This document shows positions 49,666 through 59,538 of a DNA stretch of 64,000 nucleotides, piece by piece. Source of the stretch: Candidatus Bathyarchaeum tardum (lineage in GTDB: Archaea > Thermoproteota > Bathyarchaeia > Bathyarchaeales > Bathyarchaeaceae); assembly GCA_024650005.2 (NCBI GenBank), contig CP122380.1, positions 352,001 through 416,000 of the forward strand, written 5' to 3'. Under the pieces are notes generated by a model. The model did not search any database. It had not been told where the DNA came from and worked only from the letters and a program-made list of their open reading frames with translations. Position numbers and translations under genes: made by a program. Positions within the stretch are counted from its first letter, which is position 1. Each line of letters starts with the position of its first letter.

Positions 49666-50016
49666 TTATTTGACGTAGAACATGTCCTTTTTTTGTGGCT
49701 TTTTAATCACGTCTTTTCGTAGTTTTTTTTCGATTTTCTGTTCTTGGGTTCCGGTGATTTTTGCATCATAGTCTACAAAGTCGCAGACTAAGTTGGCGAG
49801 ATTTTGGTTGATTTCTTTTAGTTCAGCTAACGAAAACTGTGCCATAATGTCTGGGTTATCTGCCCATTGCATCCATCCAGTTACGCTTCTTTGCAACGCA
49901 AGTATTGTAAACCTGATTGTTCGAACCATATCCAAACGGTCCTGTCCATCGGCCTTGGCAGAATTTTTAATTTCGTTTAAGATCCGTTGGCAGTCGTTAA
50001 CCCATCTTCCTTCCAT
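49666..50016 (-). CDS. DUF2153 family protein
   Basis: DRLD..R..ALQRS..GW.QW..NP.IM pattern. Confidence 0.8.
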   Translation of the reverse strand: MEGRWVNDCQRILNEIKNSAKADGQDRLDMVRTIRFTILALQRSVTGWMQWADNPDIMAQFSLAELKEINQNLANLVCDFVDYDAKITGTQEQKIEKKLRKDVIKKPQKKDMFYVK

Positions 50017-50120
50017 GAGTTACACCACAGTTAAGGCTACCGACTCAAAGAATAAAAAGCTTGTTTATTTCAAGCGTTTTTCACAAAAGCATATAAGAAC
50101 CTGTAAAACTCCATTGGGTT

Positions 50121-51020
50121 ATGAGCTCAACCTGTAAGGAAAAAAAAGAACCATCCCTAGCTTTTGGTGGACAAGCTGTGATGGAGGGCATTATGATGCG
50201 CTCCAAAGACAACGTAGTAATTTGTGTTCGGCAACCTAACGACGAAATCGTAACCCAAAAACAAAAACTAAGCTCTGTTACCCAAAAATACAGTTTCTTG
50301 AACCTTCCTTTCATACGAGGGGTTGTAGCCCTAATTGAAACAATGTACACTGGAATCAAAGGCATATATTTCTCTGCAAACGCCGCCTTTGGGGACGATG
50401 AAGAAGTTAACCTTAGTTCAAAAGAAATCGCACTTATTGTTGGTGTGGCTATTTGTTTGTCGGTGCTGTTGTTTAGTGTTACCCCGTTTTTCTTAACTTC
50501 GTTGCTGGGTCTTGGAACTGGAGTAGTTTTCAATGTTGCCGAAGGAATAATACGTCTCAGTTTCCTTTTGGGTTATTTGTTCTTTGTTTCCCAGATAAAA
50601 GACTTCAAACGAATCCTACAATATCATGGAGCAGAGCACACAGCAATCAACGCTTACGAAGCCGGAGTAGAAATGAACGTAGAAAACGTTCGGAGTTACT
50701 CCCGTTTTCACGCTAGATGCGGAACTTCATTTCTTCTTATTGTTACAGTAATCAGCATTCTGTTCTTTTCACTTGTTTCCAGTCCAGACTATCTAACACG
50801 CCTTTCTTACCGGGTTATTCTGGTTCCTGTTATCAGTTCAGTTTCCTACGAAGTTTTGAGAATCAGTGACAGATACAAAAACTCTCCAATAGTAAAAGCC
50901 ATCGTGGCTCCGGGTTTGCTTCTTCAGCGGTTTACTACTAGGCAACCTGACGACAAGATGATTGAAGTTGCCATAACAGCTGTTAAAGAAGTTGAAACCA
51001 TGCAGCGAGCATGTGAATGA
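50121..51020 (+). CDS. DUF1385 family membrane protein
   Basis: GGQAVMEGIMMR, YHGAEH, HARCGTSF and TTRQPD motifs. Confidence 0.92.
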   Translation: MSSTCKEKKEPSLAFGGQAVMEGIMMRSKDNVVICVRQPNDEIVTQKQKLSSVTQKYSFLNLPFIRGVVALIETMYTGIKGIYFSANAAFGDDEEVNLSSKEIALIVGVAICLSVLLFSVTPFFLTSLLGLGTGVVFNVAEGIIRLSFLLGYLFFVSQIKDFKRILQYHGAEHTAINAYEAGVEMNVENVRSYSRFHARCGTSFLLIVTVISILFFSLVSSPDYLTRLSYRVILVPVISSVSYEVLRISDRYKNSPIVKAIVAPGLLLQRFTTRQPDDKMIEVAITAVKEVETMQRACE

Positions 51021-51036
51021 GTTTTTGTTTCAAGTC

Positions 51037-51052
51037 TACTTATTAATGAGTA
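51037..51052. promoter_or_regulatory. Palindrome TACT-N8-AGTA, candidate RbkR autoregulatory site
   Basis: TACTTATTAATGAGTA overlaps an AT-rich TATA-like box just upstream of rbkR. Confidence 0.55.
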
Positions 51053-51784
51053 ATGACCCTTTTTGAGGTAGGCGAATCTAACGTGGATCACCTGAAACTG
51101 GATTTGAGTTCTTGGAAGTTTTTCTTTACTTTGTATAAGTTAGCAGATTTAGGTGCGTCCAGTCGAACTGTTAAGGTGTCCACAGAATATTTAGCAGAAA
51201 AAATTGGGGCATCCCAGCAGACTGCTTCTCGTCATCTTATTAACTTAGAAAAGATGGGATGGATTACCCGAACCGTGACTGTTGATGGTTGTTTAACTAA
51301 ACTTACTCCTCAAGGAGTTTCTGAGTTAAAGAAACTATATTCTGAACTGCGCTTAATTTTCGAGTCCGAGTATCCACCATCAATAACTTTGGAGGGTGTC
51401 TTATTCAGTGGTTTAGGAGAAGGAGCCTATTACGTAACTAAAGATGGATACCGGAACCAGTTTGTTGAAAAACTTGGGTTTGACCCTTATCCTGGAACCC
51501 TTAATGTCAAAATAACTACAGATTACGACTTGAAAGCCTTGTCTGAGCTTGAATCTTACCCTGCAATAGAACTTAAGGGCTTTAAAACTGAATCCCGAAC
51601 TTTTGGATCAGTAAAATGTTACCCTGCAATAATCAACAATAAAGTCAAAGGGGCAGTAATCTACGCCATGAGAAGCCATTACGGTTCATCTGTTTTAGAA
51701 ATTGTTGCACCAACATTTCTGAGACGACACCTAGACCTCAAAGACGGAAACAAAGTAAAAATCGAGATTCTAATAAATCCGTAA
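51053..51784 (+). CDS. ribK: CTP-dependent riboflavin kinase with N-terminal HTH (RbkR-type)
   Basis: SQQTASR HTH, SGLGEG, PYPGTLN and LEIVAP motifs; the true start may be the GTG at 51083. Confidence 0.93.
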   Translation: MTLFEVGESNVDHLKLDLSSWKFFFTLYKLADLGASSRTVKVSTEYLAEKIGASQQTASRHLINLEKMGWITRTVTVDGCLTKLTPQGVSELKKLYSELRLIFESEYPPSITLEGVLFSGLGEGAYYVTKDGYRNQFVEKLGFDPYPGTLNVKITTDYDLKALSELESYPAIELKGFKTESRTFGSVKCYPAIINNKVKGAVIYAMRSHYGSSVLEIVAPTFLRRHLDLKDGNKVKIEILINP

Positions 51785-51790
51785 CCAACG

Positions 51791-52246
51791 CTACTTGTTT
51801 ACTGACTCGATGATTTTTCTTACAATCTTTGAAGAACTATTCAGTTCCCTTTTTCCAAACCGACCAATTTTGGCAACGTCAATTGTTACGCCTTTTTCTG
51901 TTATTGCTTTCAAAACTTCTTTTTCTGTTCCATATTGATCGTGACCAACTGCAATTATGTCTGGTTTAATTTTATCAATGACTTTTTCGATGCTAACATC
52001 TTCCCATCCTAGTATTGCTTCGTCCACGACTTTTAGGGACTCAACAAGGGCGCGTCGTTGGTCTTCGGGCATAACTGGGGTTTTTCCCTTTTGGGCTTCA
52101 ACGGTGCTGTCTCGGGCTACTATAACAACTAGTTTGGCGTTTTTACCTCCTGCTTTTTTTGCTTCTTCTAGGAACCGTACATGACCTAGGTGAAGCAAAT
52201 CAAAGGTTCCTGAGGCTAAAACAGTTTTTTTGTTTTTTGTTACCAT
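51791..52246 (-). CDS. ribL: FAD synthase (archaeal cytidylyltransferase family)
   Basis: GTFDLLHLGH, VARD and VGHDQ motifs; next to riboflavin kinase. Confidence 0.9.
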   Translation of the reverse strand: MVTKNKKTVLASGTFDLLHLGHVRFLEEAKKAGGKNAKLVVIVARDSTVEAQKGKTPVMPEDQRRALVESLKVVDEAILGWEDVSIEKVIDKIKPDIIAVGHDQYGTEKEVLKAITEKGVTIDVAKIGRFGKRELNSSSKIVRKIIESVNK

Positions 52247-52497
52247 GTGAACTCTACAGCTCCTAACAAGCGCAAGGCATCTAGTAGCCCTTCGCAGTAA
52301 GCAACGGAAGTAAGGCTTGTTTCCAGTTTTCCTTGCTCTTGGTAGTATTTGGCGTCTGACAAATAACGTTTCGCCCAATCAAAAACAGTTTTGGCCTCTT
52401 CACTGTTAAGTTGCACATCATCTGGAATATTTTCAATATCTTTGATAACCCGTTCAGCACCCCGAACATACTTTGTAATCAAATCATCAATCTTCAT
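52240..52497 (-). CDS. DUF357 family protein
   Basis: AKRYLSDAKYY..SVAYCEGLLDALR. Confidence 0.88.
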   Translation of the reverse strand: MKIDDLITKYVRGAERVIKDIENIPDDVQLNSEEAKTVFDWAKRYLSDAKYYQEQGKLETSLTSVAYCEGLLDALRLLGAVEFTW

Positions 52498-53339
52498 TAA
52501 GCCAACTCCAAAACCTGCTTAGGAGCATCCCCTAACGCAATAAGGGCTTCTGCCTCCATAAAATGAAGCCTTCCCGGGAAAATCAACGTATGAGGAGGCG
52601 CACCAAAATCAAAATCAACAACTTCTTGAATAAAACCTGCCTTAACCGTAGGTTCAGGAGAGCCAGCTCGGGCAACACCTACAACCAACGTTTTTGAGGT
52701 AACAACTTGCTCCTTTTTTTGTTTCTCAAGTTCCAAAAGCGTCTTTAGAGCCTCATTAACTGTCAAATATCTTTGCTCTGTTGCTTTGATATCCAAATAA
52801 CACATGCTATGCAGTCCCATTTTCTTGTTTTCCTGAATAACCTTGTAAGGAGTTTCAGGAACAATACCCCTGTCAGGGAATGGTATTGTAACTGATTTTC
52901 CAAACTTGTAATTTTGTAACCCCGATAGCCCCCTAACTGCAGAAGCAGCAGATGCATTATGTACCACACTGGTTTTTATTCCAAGTTTTTTTGCAGTAAT
53001 CCGCAAATCTACATGGGTTGTTGCAATCAGGGGGTCTCCTTGAACCAAAATTGCGGCTTTTCCTTTTTTTGCAGTTTCAAAAATTAGTTCCCCATCTTCT
53101 TCTTCTAAGACTCTTCGTGGGACAATCACGATTTGTTTTCCAATCATTTCTTCAAGTTTTTTAATGGACAGTCCTGGCATCAAGTTAGTGTAAGTTTCAG
53201 CAAAAACTGTATCAGCTTCTTTGAGTTCTTTAAGACCTCGCAATGAAATATCGTTTTCGTCGTATAATCCTAATCCGACAAACACAAGTTCCTTCAACGC
53301 GTTTATTCTCCCTGTTACAATTACGTTCTGTAAGAACAA
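52497..53339 (-). CDS. dph5: Diphthine synthase
   Basis: FVGLGL, GDPLIATTH, GLQNYKFG and FGAPPH motifs; the true start is probably a few codons downstream. Confidence 0.95.
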   Translation of the reverse strand: MFLQNVIVTGRINALKELVFVGLGLYDENDISLRGLKELKEADTVFAETYTNLMPGLSIKKLEEMIGKQIVIVPRRVLEEEDGELIFETAKKGKAAILVQGDPLIATTHVDLRITAKKLGIKTSVVHNASAASAVRGLSGLQNYKFGKSVTIPFPDRGIVPETPYKVIQENKKMGLHSMCYLDIKATEQRYLTVNEALKTLLELEKQKKEQVVTSKTLVVGVARAGSPEPTVKAGFIQEVVDFDFGAPPHTLIFPGRLHFMEAEALIALGDAPKQVLELA

Positions 53340-53385
53340 AAAATATATGGGTACCTGTTTCTCTGTAGTGAGAGTATGAGTTTAT

Positions 53386-53487
53386 GGGCCCGTAGCTCAG
53401 CAAGGCAGAGCGGCGGACTGGTCCTTTGAGACTAGGCTGAAACTCTTAATCCGTAGGTCAGGGGTTCAATTCCCCTCGGGCCCGCCA
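53386..53487 (+). tRNA. tRNA-Lys(CTT) with 25-nt non-canonical intron at 30/31 (53417..53441) and encoded CCA
   Basis: GGGCCCG/CGGGCCC acceptor stem; removing the intron restores GCGGA-CTCTTAA-TCCGT; clear BHB motif. Confidence 0.92.
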
Positions 53488-53569
53488 CTAATTTCATTTA
53501 AACTTTATTTTGTTACATTTTTGATACAATCCACCAAAAAGTGAATAAACACAAATTATCACCATTATC

Positions 53570-54556
53570 ATGTCCGCAATTGGTGACCAAATGTTAAAAG
53601 GTGAATCTAGGTTGTCAGTAATTGAAGTTGAAAATTTAACAAAAAAGTTCGGCTCCTTTGTAGCAGTTAATCACCTGAATTTTAGTATTGGCGAAGGGGA
53701 AGTTTTTGGTCTTTTAGGTCCAAACGGTGCAGGCAAAACGACAACAATTCGAATGCTTGCTGGACTGATTTCTTCCTCGGAAGGTTCAGCCAAAGTGAAA
53801 GGTTACGTGATTAACAATGACTCGTTGAAGGTGCGGGAAACTGTTGGCATTTTAACCGAGAACCCCAGCCTTTACGAGAAACTGACAGCTTACGAGAACC
53901 TGGACTTTTTTGCCCAAGCTTACGGGTTAACTGAAATTGTCCAGAAAACCCAAAGAATTCAGGAATTGCTTGAGTTTTTTGGATTATGGGAACGCAGAAA
54001 CGACAAAGTTGCAACCTTTTCCAAGGGAATGAAACAAAAACTAGCCCTTGCACGAGCATTAGTTCACAAGCCTTCAATTATTTTTTTGGATGAACCCACC
54101 TCTGGTTTAGATCCTGAATCTTCCAAAGAGGTTCGAGACCTCATAGCAAAACTGAGTTATCATGAGAAAAGCACGATTTTGTTGTGCACTCATCACCTTG
54201 AAGATGCAGAAAAACTGTGTAGCAGGGTGATGATAATCAACAAAGGCACAAGCGTCATCGTGGGAACCCCTGACGAGCTCAGAAACAAAATAAGCGGAAT
54301 TCCAACAGTTGAAGTTATTCTGGAAACAATCAGTCCCAAACTTGTTAAAGCAACAAAAAAGGTCAATGACGTAAAACAAGTAACCGTTGACGAAGAGTCA
54401 TGTAAACTCACAATAACTATGGAAAATGCCCAATCCGGGACTCCAAAAATCGTAAAAAACCTAGTTGAAGCTGAGGGTTTGATTCTAGGGGTGAAAGTTG
54501 TTCGTGCGTCATTGGAAGATGTTTATTTAAAGTTGATCAAGGAGGAACAAAAATGA
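53570..54556 (+). CDS. ABC transporter ATP-binding protein
   Basis: GPNGAGKTT, FSKGMKQK and LDEPTSGLDP motifs. Confidence 0.95.
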   Translation: MSAIGDQMLKGESRLSVIEVENLTKKFGSFVAVNHLNFSIGEGEVFGLLGPNGAGKTTTIRMLAGLISSSEGSAKVKGYVINNDSLKVRETVGILTENPSLYEKLTAYENLDFFAQAYGLTEIVQKTQRIQELLEFFGLWERRNDKVATFSKGMKQKLALARALVHKPSIIFLDEPTSGLDPESSKEVRDLIAKLSYHEKSTILLCTHHLEDAEKLCSRVMIINKGTSVIVGTPDELRNKISGIPTVEVILETISPKLVKATKKVNDVKQVTVDEESCKLTITMENAQSGTPKIVKNLVEAEGLILGVKVVRASLEDVYLKLIKEEQK

Positions 54557-55377
54557 GGATGGAAAAGGCAAAACTGGTTTTTCGAAAAGATTGGCTCGAA
54601 ATCAAACGCAACTGGCAAGTAATTTTACCCATCATTATTGTTCCCCTCATGATTTCTGTGTTTATTCCCGTGATTTTAACCCTAATTCCTAGTGTTGTTT
54701 CTGGCTCCGAAGCAGATTTAGGCGGCTTTATTCCCTTAGTAGAAAATCTTCCCCCTTCTGTGCAGGATCAGCTTACGGGAATGACTGAACTTCAAGTCAT
54801 GATCTACGTGATGGCCCTTTATTTTTTTGCCCCGTTCTTCCTAATCATCCCGTTGATGGCGTCAAGCGTCATTGCATCAGACAGTTTCGCAGGAGAAAAA
54901 GAACGAAAAACCATCGAGGCACTCTTAGCTACTCCTATCTCAGACAGTGAACTGTTGTTCGGAAAAATGCTAGTATCCTTTATTCCATCAATGATTGTAA
55001 CAGTGATTTCCTTTATATTGTACACAACAATATTTGATGTGCTGTCTTTTAATCTGTTCAATGGCATGTTATTGCTGCCAAACCTTGACTGGATTTTACT
55101 AATCTTTGGATTAGCCCCAACCGTAGCTCTGGCAAGCATTGGATTAACCGTAATAATATCAGCAAAAGTCAAAGGATTCCGAGAAGCCCAACAAATCAGC
55201 GTAATCTTGTTACTTCCAATCCTAGGGTTAGTGTTCGGACAAATATCTGGCGCGTTAATCTTTGGACCCGCTGTTATCGCAATTCTCACAGCAATATTTG
55301 TTGCAATAGATTTTGTGGTTTTCAGGGTTGGAGTAAAAATGTTCAAGCGAGAAGAAATCTTGGCTCAACTAGCTTAG
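54553..55377 (+). CDS. ABC-2 type transporter permease
   Basis: SFAGEKERKTIEALLATP; six TM segments. Confidence 0.92.
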   Translation: MRMEKAKLVFRKDWLEIKRNWQVILPIIIVPLMISVFIPVILTLIPSVVSGSEADLGGFIPLVENLPPSVQDQLTGMTELQVMIYVMALYFFAPFFLIIPLMASSVIASDSFAGEKERKTIEALLATPISDSELLFGKMLVSFIPSMIVTVISFILYTTIFDVLSFNLFNGMLLLPNLDWILLIFGLAPTVALASIGLTVIISAKVKGFREAQQISVILLLPILGLVFGQISGALIFGPAVIAILTAIFVAIDFVVFRVGVKMFKREEILAQLA

Positions 55378-55434
55378 AATTCTTGGTCACAAAATTCAAG
55401 TATACAATTACCCTAACTAATACTGGGATTTATT

Positions 55435-55911
55435 TTGGTTGTTTTTAAGTTACCTAAAATGACAAAACAAGAAATGTGGAAACTAATCCACAGACAACGT
55501 CTATGCAGAATCGCCTTCAAAGGAAACACTTACCCGTACATGGCACCTTTCCAATACGTAGTATTAGATGATGCATTGTATTTTCATTTCACTGATTACG
55601 GAAAAAAAATGAAACTCATCGAAAACGACAAACACGTATGTGTCGAAATCGAAGAATACCGCGAAGACCTTAGCGAATACAGCTTTATTGTGTTGCGTGG
55701 CACCCTAAAAGTAGTAACCGACCCAACAGAACGAATTAATGCAATCAATCAACTGGCAAAAGAAGGGGAACAAAAACTTTCGCCAAACTTTTTGCCTGCT
55801 CATGGCTTCACAAAAGAAGACGGATGGGACGCGTTAACTCCTGACAACAAATTGTTGGTTGCTGTAAAACTAGAACACATAACCCAAGAAATTGGACTAA
55901 AATCTCCTTGA
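55435..55911 (+). CDS. Pyridoxamine 5'-phosphate oxidase-like flavin-binding protein (NimA-like)
   Basis: CRIAF..PYMAP..LYFH..GKK..VCVEI pattern. Confidence 0.85.
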   Translation: MVVFKLPKMTKQEMWKLIHRQRLCRIAFKGNTYPYMAPFQYVVLDDALYFHFTDYGKKMKLIENDKHVCVEIEEYREDLSEYSFIVLRGTLKVVTDPTERINAINQLAKEGEQKLSPNFLPAHGFTKEDGWDALTPDNKLLVAVKLEHITQEIGLKSP

Positions 55912-55965
55912 TGGTGATGTAACAAAAAAGGTGGTTTGCTTCAGTTTCCTGAAGCTATTGTTTTG

Positions 55966-56793
55966 TTAGAATGGTGCAAAGATCCCGATGAATACTAGCC
56001 ATGACAGGATTGTTTTTGCTACGAAACTGAGTATGATATAGAATCTTTCTCCGTATAGGTAGTCTTTCCATTTTCCAACGCCTTTGTATTGCAGGACCAT
56101 GTTGAGGGCGAAAATGTTGAACACAAAGAAGTAAATGAACAGTATCATGTAAACGAAAGTTGGTGGTTCTACACCCACGGAATTTATGGCAGCAATAAAG
56201 TAAGCATATAGCACAACCCATGGGGTAAATCCGGAGATGCTTCCGAGAATGAATGCGGACCAGCTTGTTTTTTCGGTTTTTTGGTTGATTACTTCCATCA
56301 AGTAACCGAACATTATCATCATGGCATTAAGGACAAAAATCATGACCAATGACCACAAGTCCCAGATTCCCAAGAAAAGTGAAATCAACGTAATCATTAT
56401 TGAACTGGAAAATGCATATTCATACCATCTGTAGGGATTCATGCCTTTTCGGAGATTCTCGTTGTAGCTTTTGTTTTTTGGATATGCTATTATGAAATGT
56501 GCAAGGGCAGAAATCAATGGAAACGAGGCAAGAATTGCTCCCAAATATCCTATATTTAATAGTATTTGTGGATCTGGCACTGCATTGAAAATTGGGGTTG
56601 AGCCTGTAGTTGTGATTTCTAGTTTCATGTAGAAAGTGTAGATGTCTCGGGACCATTCGAGTTGAAGTCCCAAGACCAGCATTATGATTCCTTGAATCAG
56701 ATGGAGGATGCCAGCAGCAGTGTTGAAGCGTTTGAGATACTTGAAAGAAATCGGTGATTTTGCAATAATCTTTTTTCTTTCTTCAGAATTCAT
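55966..56793 (-). CDS. Heliorhodopsin
   Basis: HLIQG, AHF, NPYRWYEYAFSSSIM, and TM7 LSFVAK retinal-binding lysine. Confidence 0.93.
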   Translation of the reverse strand: MNSEERKKIIAKSPISFKYLKRFNTAAGILHLIQGIIMLVLGLQLEWSRDIYTFYMKLEITTTGSTPIFNAVPDPQILLNIGYLGAILASFPLISALAHFIIAYPKNKSYNENLRKGMNPYRWYEYAFSSSIMITLISLFLGIWDLWSLVMIFVLNAMMIMFGYLMEVINQKTEKTSWSAFILGSISGFTPWVVLYAYFIAAINSVGVEPPTFVYMILFIYFFVFNIFALNMVLQYKGVGKWKDYLYGERFYIILSFVAKTILSWLVFIGIFAPF

Positions 56794-57061
56794 GATTATT
56801 AATGCGCTGAATTCAATTTAAGATTTATCTATATTGTAACCCATTCATTATTGTTGAAAATTCAATAAAAAAGTAATAAAAAATCGCAAAAAAACTAGTT
56901 GATTAAACTGACAAGTTATCTATTAAGGCATCAAAACCAAATATATCGCATGAATTACAACGTTTATTGTTTTATATCTAAAAAACCAGAAATCTGGATT
57001 TTAACTTAACAAAACATTACTTTCAGTAACTGCACAGTCAACAGCGCTTGCTTTACCCTAG

Positions 57062-57868
57062 GTGTACATAATGCCTGTGCCATTGATTGAAGTTTCTGAG
57101 CTAACAAAACAGTTCGGGGCAGTTCACGCATTGACTGGACTAAAATTCAATGTTGTACCTGGAGAAATCTACGGTCTTTTAGGTCCAAATGGTGCCGGCA
57201 AAACCACGACCATAAAAGCAATTATGGGATTAGTTGAGCCAAGTTCTGGATGGGTTAACGTTGAAGGCTACAATCCTGTAACAAACCCAATTGAAGTAAA
57301 ATCTCGAATCGGGTACGTAGCCGAAAAACTGATCCTGTATGAGTCCTTGTCTGCTCGTGACTTTTTTGAGTTTGTCGCATCTATACGAAAAATTGACCAA
57401 ACATCAGTCAACCGCATAATATCCCAGCTTGGCGACGCTTTTGACATGTCAAACTATTTTGATGCCCCTATCGCTACTCTGTCGATGGGAATGAAACAAA
57501 AAATAGCCCTGATTGCTGCTTTTGTTCATCAACCACCTGTTCTTTTGTTGGATGAGCCCTTGAGTGGTCTTGACGCCAAAACCAGCCGTATTGTAAAGGA
57601 TCTGCTGTTGTTGCACGCAAAAAGAGGCGGAGCGGTCTTGTTTAGCACCCACATCATGGAAGTTGCAGAAAACATCTGCACAAGAATCGGAATCATTTAT
57701 CAAGGAAAAATCGTTGCAGAAGGAACTATAGACCAATTAAAAACTCAAACAGGAAACCAAAGCGACACCCTTGAAGAAGTGTTTTTAAAATTAACAAACG
57801 AAGAAAATGAGATTGCCAACAAGACTCGGCTCTTAGGGGAGGCATTCTTCCAACATGAAACTGCTTGA
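57062..57868 (+). CDS. ABC transporter ATP-binding protein
   Basis: GPNGAGKTT, LSMGMKQK and LDEPLSGLD motifs. Confidence 0.95.
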   Translation: MYIMPVPLIEVSELTKQFGAVHALTGLKFNVVPGEIYGLLGPNGAGKTTTIKAIMGLVEPSSGWVNVEGYNPVTNPIEVKSRIGYVAEKLILYESLSARDFFEFVASIRKIDQTSVNRIISQLGDAFDMSNYFDAPIATLSMGMKQKIALIAAFVHQPPVLLLDEPLSGLDAKTSRIVKDLLLLHAKRGGAVLFSTHIMEVAENICTRIGIIYQGKIVAEGTIDQLKTQTGNQSDTLEEVFLKLTNEENEIANKTRLLGEAFFQHETA

Positions 57869-59480
57869 AGCTTGGTGGCATAGTCGGTCCCCTTACAAAG
57901 AAGTTGTGTACCGTTCAATCGCTGAAGAAAAAGGTCGAATGTGGTGGGGTGGATTTGGAAAGGGGCAAGTTGCGGAAGATTTTCAAGATAATTTGGAAGT
58001 TACAAAAAAAGCGTTACGAATTGCAAAATGGGACAAATCCCTAGTTGCGGTTTTTAATATTTTAGCTGCAATTATGCCTTTTACTGCACAGTTTTTTGGC
58101 TCTCCGATTATGGGTTTAACAAGTGCGGTTTCGTTAAGTTTAGCTGTTACTTTTGGTTTTATGTCATTGTATGCAATTCAGACAATGTCGTCATTTGTTA
58201 GTGCAGAATCTTCGGTCTTGTTATCTGTTTTACCCTTGGAAAAAAACGATTTCTCATTAATTACATTGTTTTCGTTTATCCGTTCTGTAGACTACATTGT
58301 TCTTGGTTCAATACTGAGCCAAGTAATCATGGTAGCATGTTACACTGGTTCACCCCTAGCAGTTATTGTAATTCTTGTGGCTTCAGTAATGAATGCAATT
58401 TTCGCTGTAGCAGTTTCTTTATGGTTTTCACGAGTGTTCGCAAAAAACCTTTCCCGTGGCGGAAGATCAAAAAGCCGCACAATTTTGCGTTTAGTTTTCA
58501 TTTTGATGTGGGGTTGCCTGTTGATGGGAGTAAGCCTTCTGATTAGTTTACCATGGTACATCGTCCCTTCTTTGGAAACTATGTTGCTTAATCCCAACCA
58601 AATCTCAAACATATTGTTTTGTTTGCTGCCCCAATTTTCTGCTGGAGTAACTGTTGCTAGTGCCAGTAACGTGGTTGCTGCTCAGTCTATAACGTTAGTT
58701 GCTGCTTTATGTATGGTGGGGTATGTTGGATTTGCTGGGTTTGCAGTTAACTGGGTGTTAAAAACAGTTAACCGAATATCTACCGGAGCAGATGTTAACA
58801 TAACCCGCGTAACTGCAACAAATTTTTCCATTAAACTGCGAAGCCCACTGTTTGGTTATGTCTTAAAAGATTTGAAAAGTTGTTCAAGGAACCCTTCTAC
58901 TGCTTTCTTTTTTGCGTTGCCGGTTTTGGAAACTGTTATTGTGTCCTTAATGCTAGCAAGTTTTGAAGTTTTGCGGGCTTCAACTTTGATTGTTTCCACC
59001 CTTATGGGGGGAATCTTTGTTTTACTTATGCCCCTTGCCCTGTTAAATTCAGAAGGCAAAGGTCTCGAATACACTAAAACATTACCTTTAAGCCTTAACC
59101 GAATCGTAACCTCCAAGACCCTAATATCCACGTTAACCTTTGTTCCGGTTCCTCTAGTTTTGCTTGTTTTGGCATTTTTAAAATCGATAACTTCCCCTTT
59201 AGTGATACTCATTCCGTTCTTTTCCATATTGTCAATAGCTTCTGCAAGCATTTTTGAAATCCAACTGTTCTTGAGTATTGTAACCAAAGGCAAAATTTCA
59301 GCCTTAATTCACGATTTAAAAAAACTCGTCGTCGGAATCAGCACCTTAATTATTCCATTGCTAGTTTACACAATTGTTTATGTTGTTTTCTTGAGTCACT
59401 TTTTTGCAGTTTTATCCATGGGTGTTGTATCCATTTCAGAACTGGTATTAGCGTTTTATACCCTCAAGCGCACAAAATAA
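57855..59480 (+). CDS. ABC exporter permease (large, ~12-14 TM)
   Basis: Overlaps the ATPase gene; internal duplication pattern (LPL motifs). Confidence 0.8.
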   Translation: MKLLEAWWHSRSPYKEVVYRSIAEEKGRMWWGGFGKGQVAEDFQDNLEVTKKALRIAKWDKSLVAVFNILAAIMPFTAQFFGSPIMGLTSAVSLSLAVTFGFMSLYAIQTMSSFVSAESSVLLSVLPLEKNDFSLITLFSFIRSVDYIVLGSILSQVIMVACYTGSPLAVIVILVASVMNAIFAVAVSLWFSRVFAKNLSRGGRSKSRTILRLVFILMWGCLLMGVSLLISLPWYIVPSLETMLLNPNQISNILFCLLPQFSAGVTVASASNVVAAQSITLVAALCMVGYVGFAGFAVNWVLKTVNRISTGADVNITRVTATNFSIKLRSPLFGYVLKDLKSCSRNPSTAFFFALPVLETVIVSLMLASFEVLRASTLIVSTLMGGIFVLLMPLALLNSEGKGLEYTKTLPLSLNRIVTSKTLISTLTFVPVPLVLLVLAFLKSITSPLVILIPFFSILSIASASIFEIQLFLSIVTKGKISALIHDLKKLVVGISTLIIPLLVYTIVYVVFLSHFFAVLSMGVVSISELVLAFYTLKRTK

Positions 59481-59538
59481 CAACTTTGTTTTACTCTACG
59501 AATTTAAATGTCTCTAGTCTATTGTTTTGTGAACAAAA

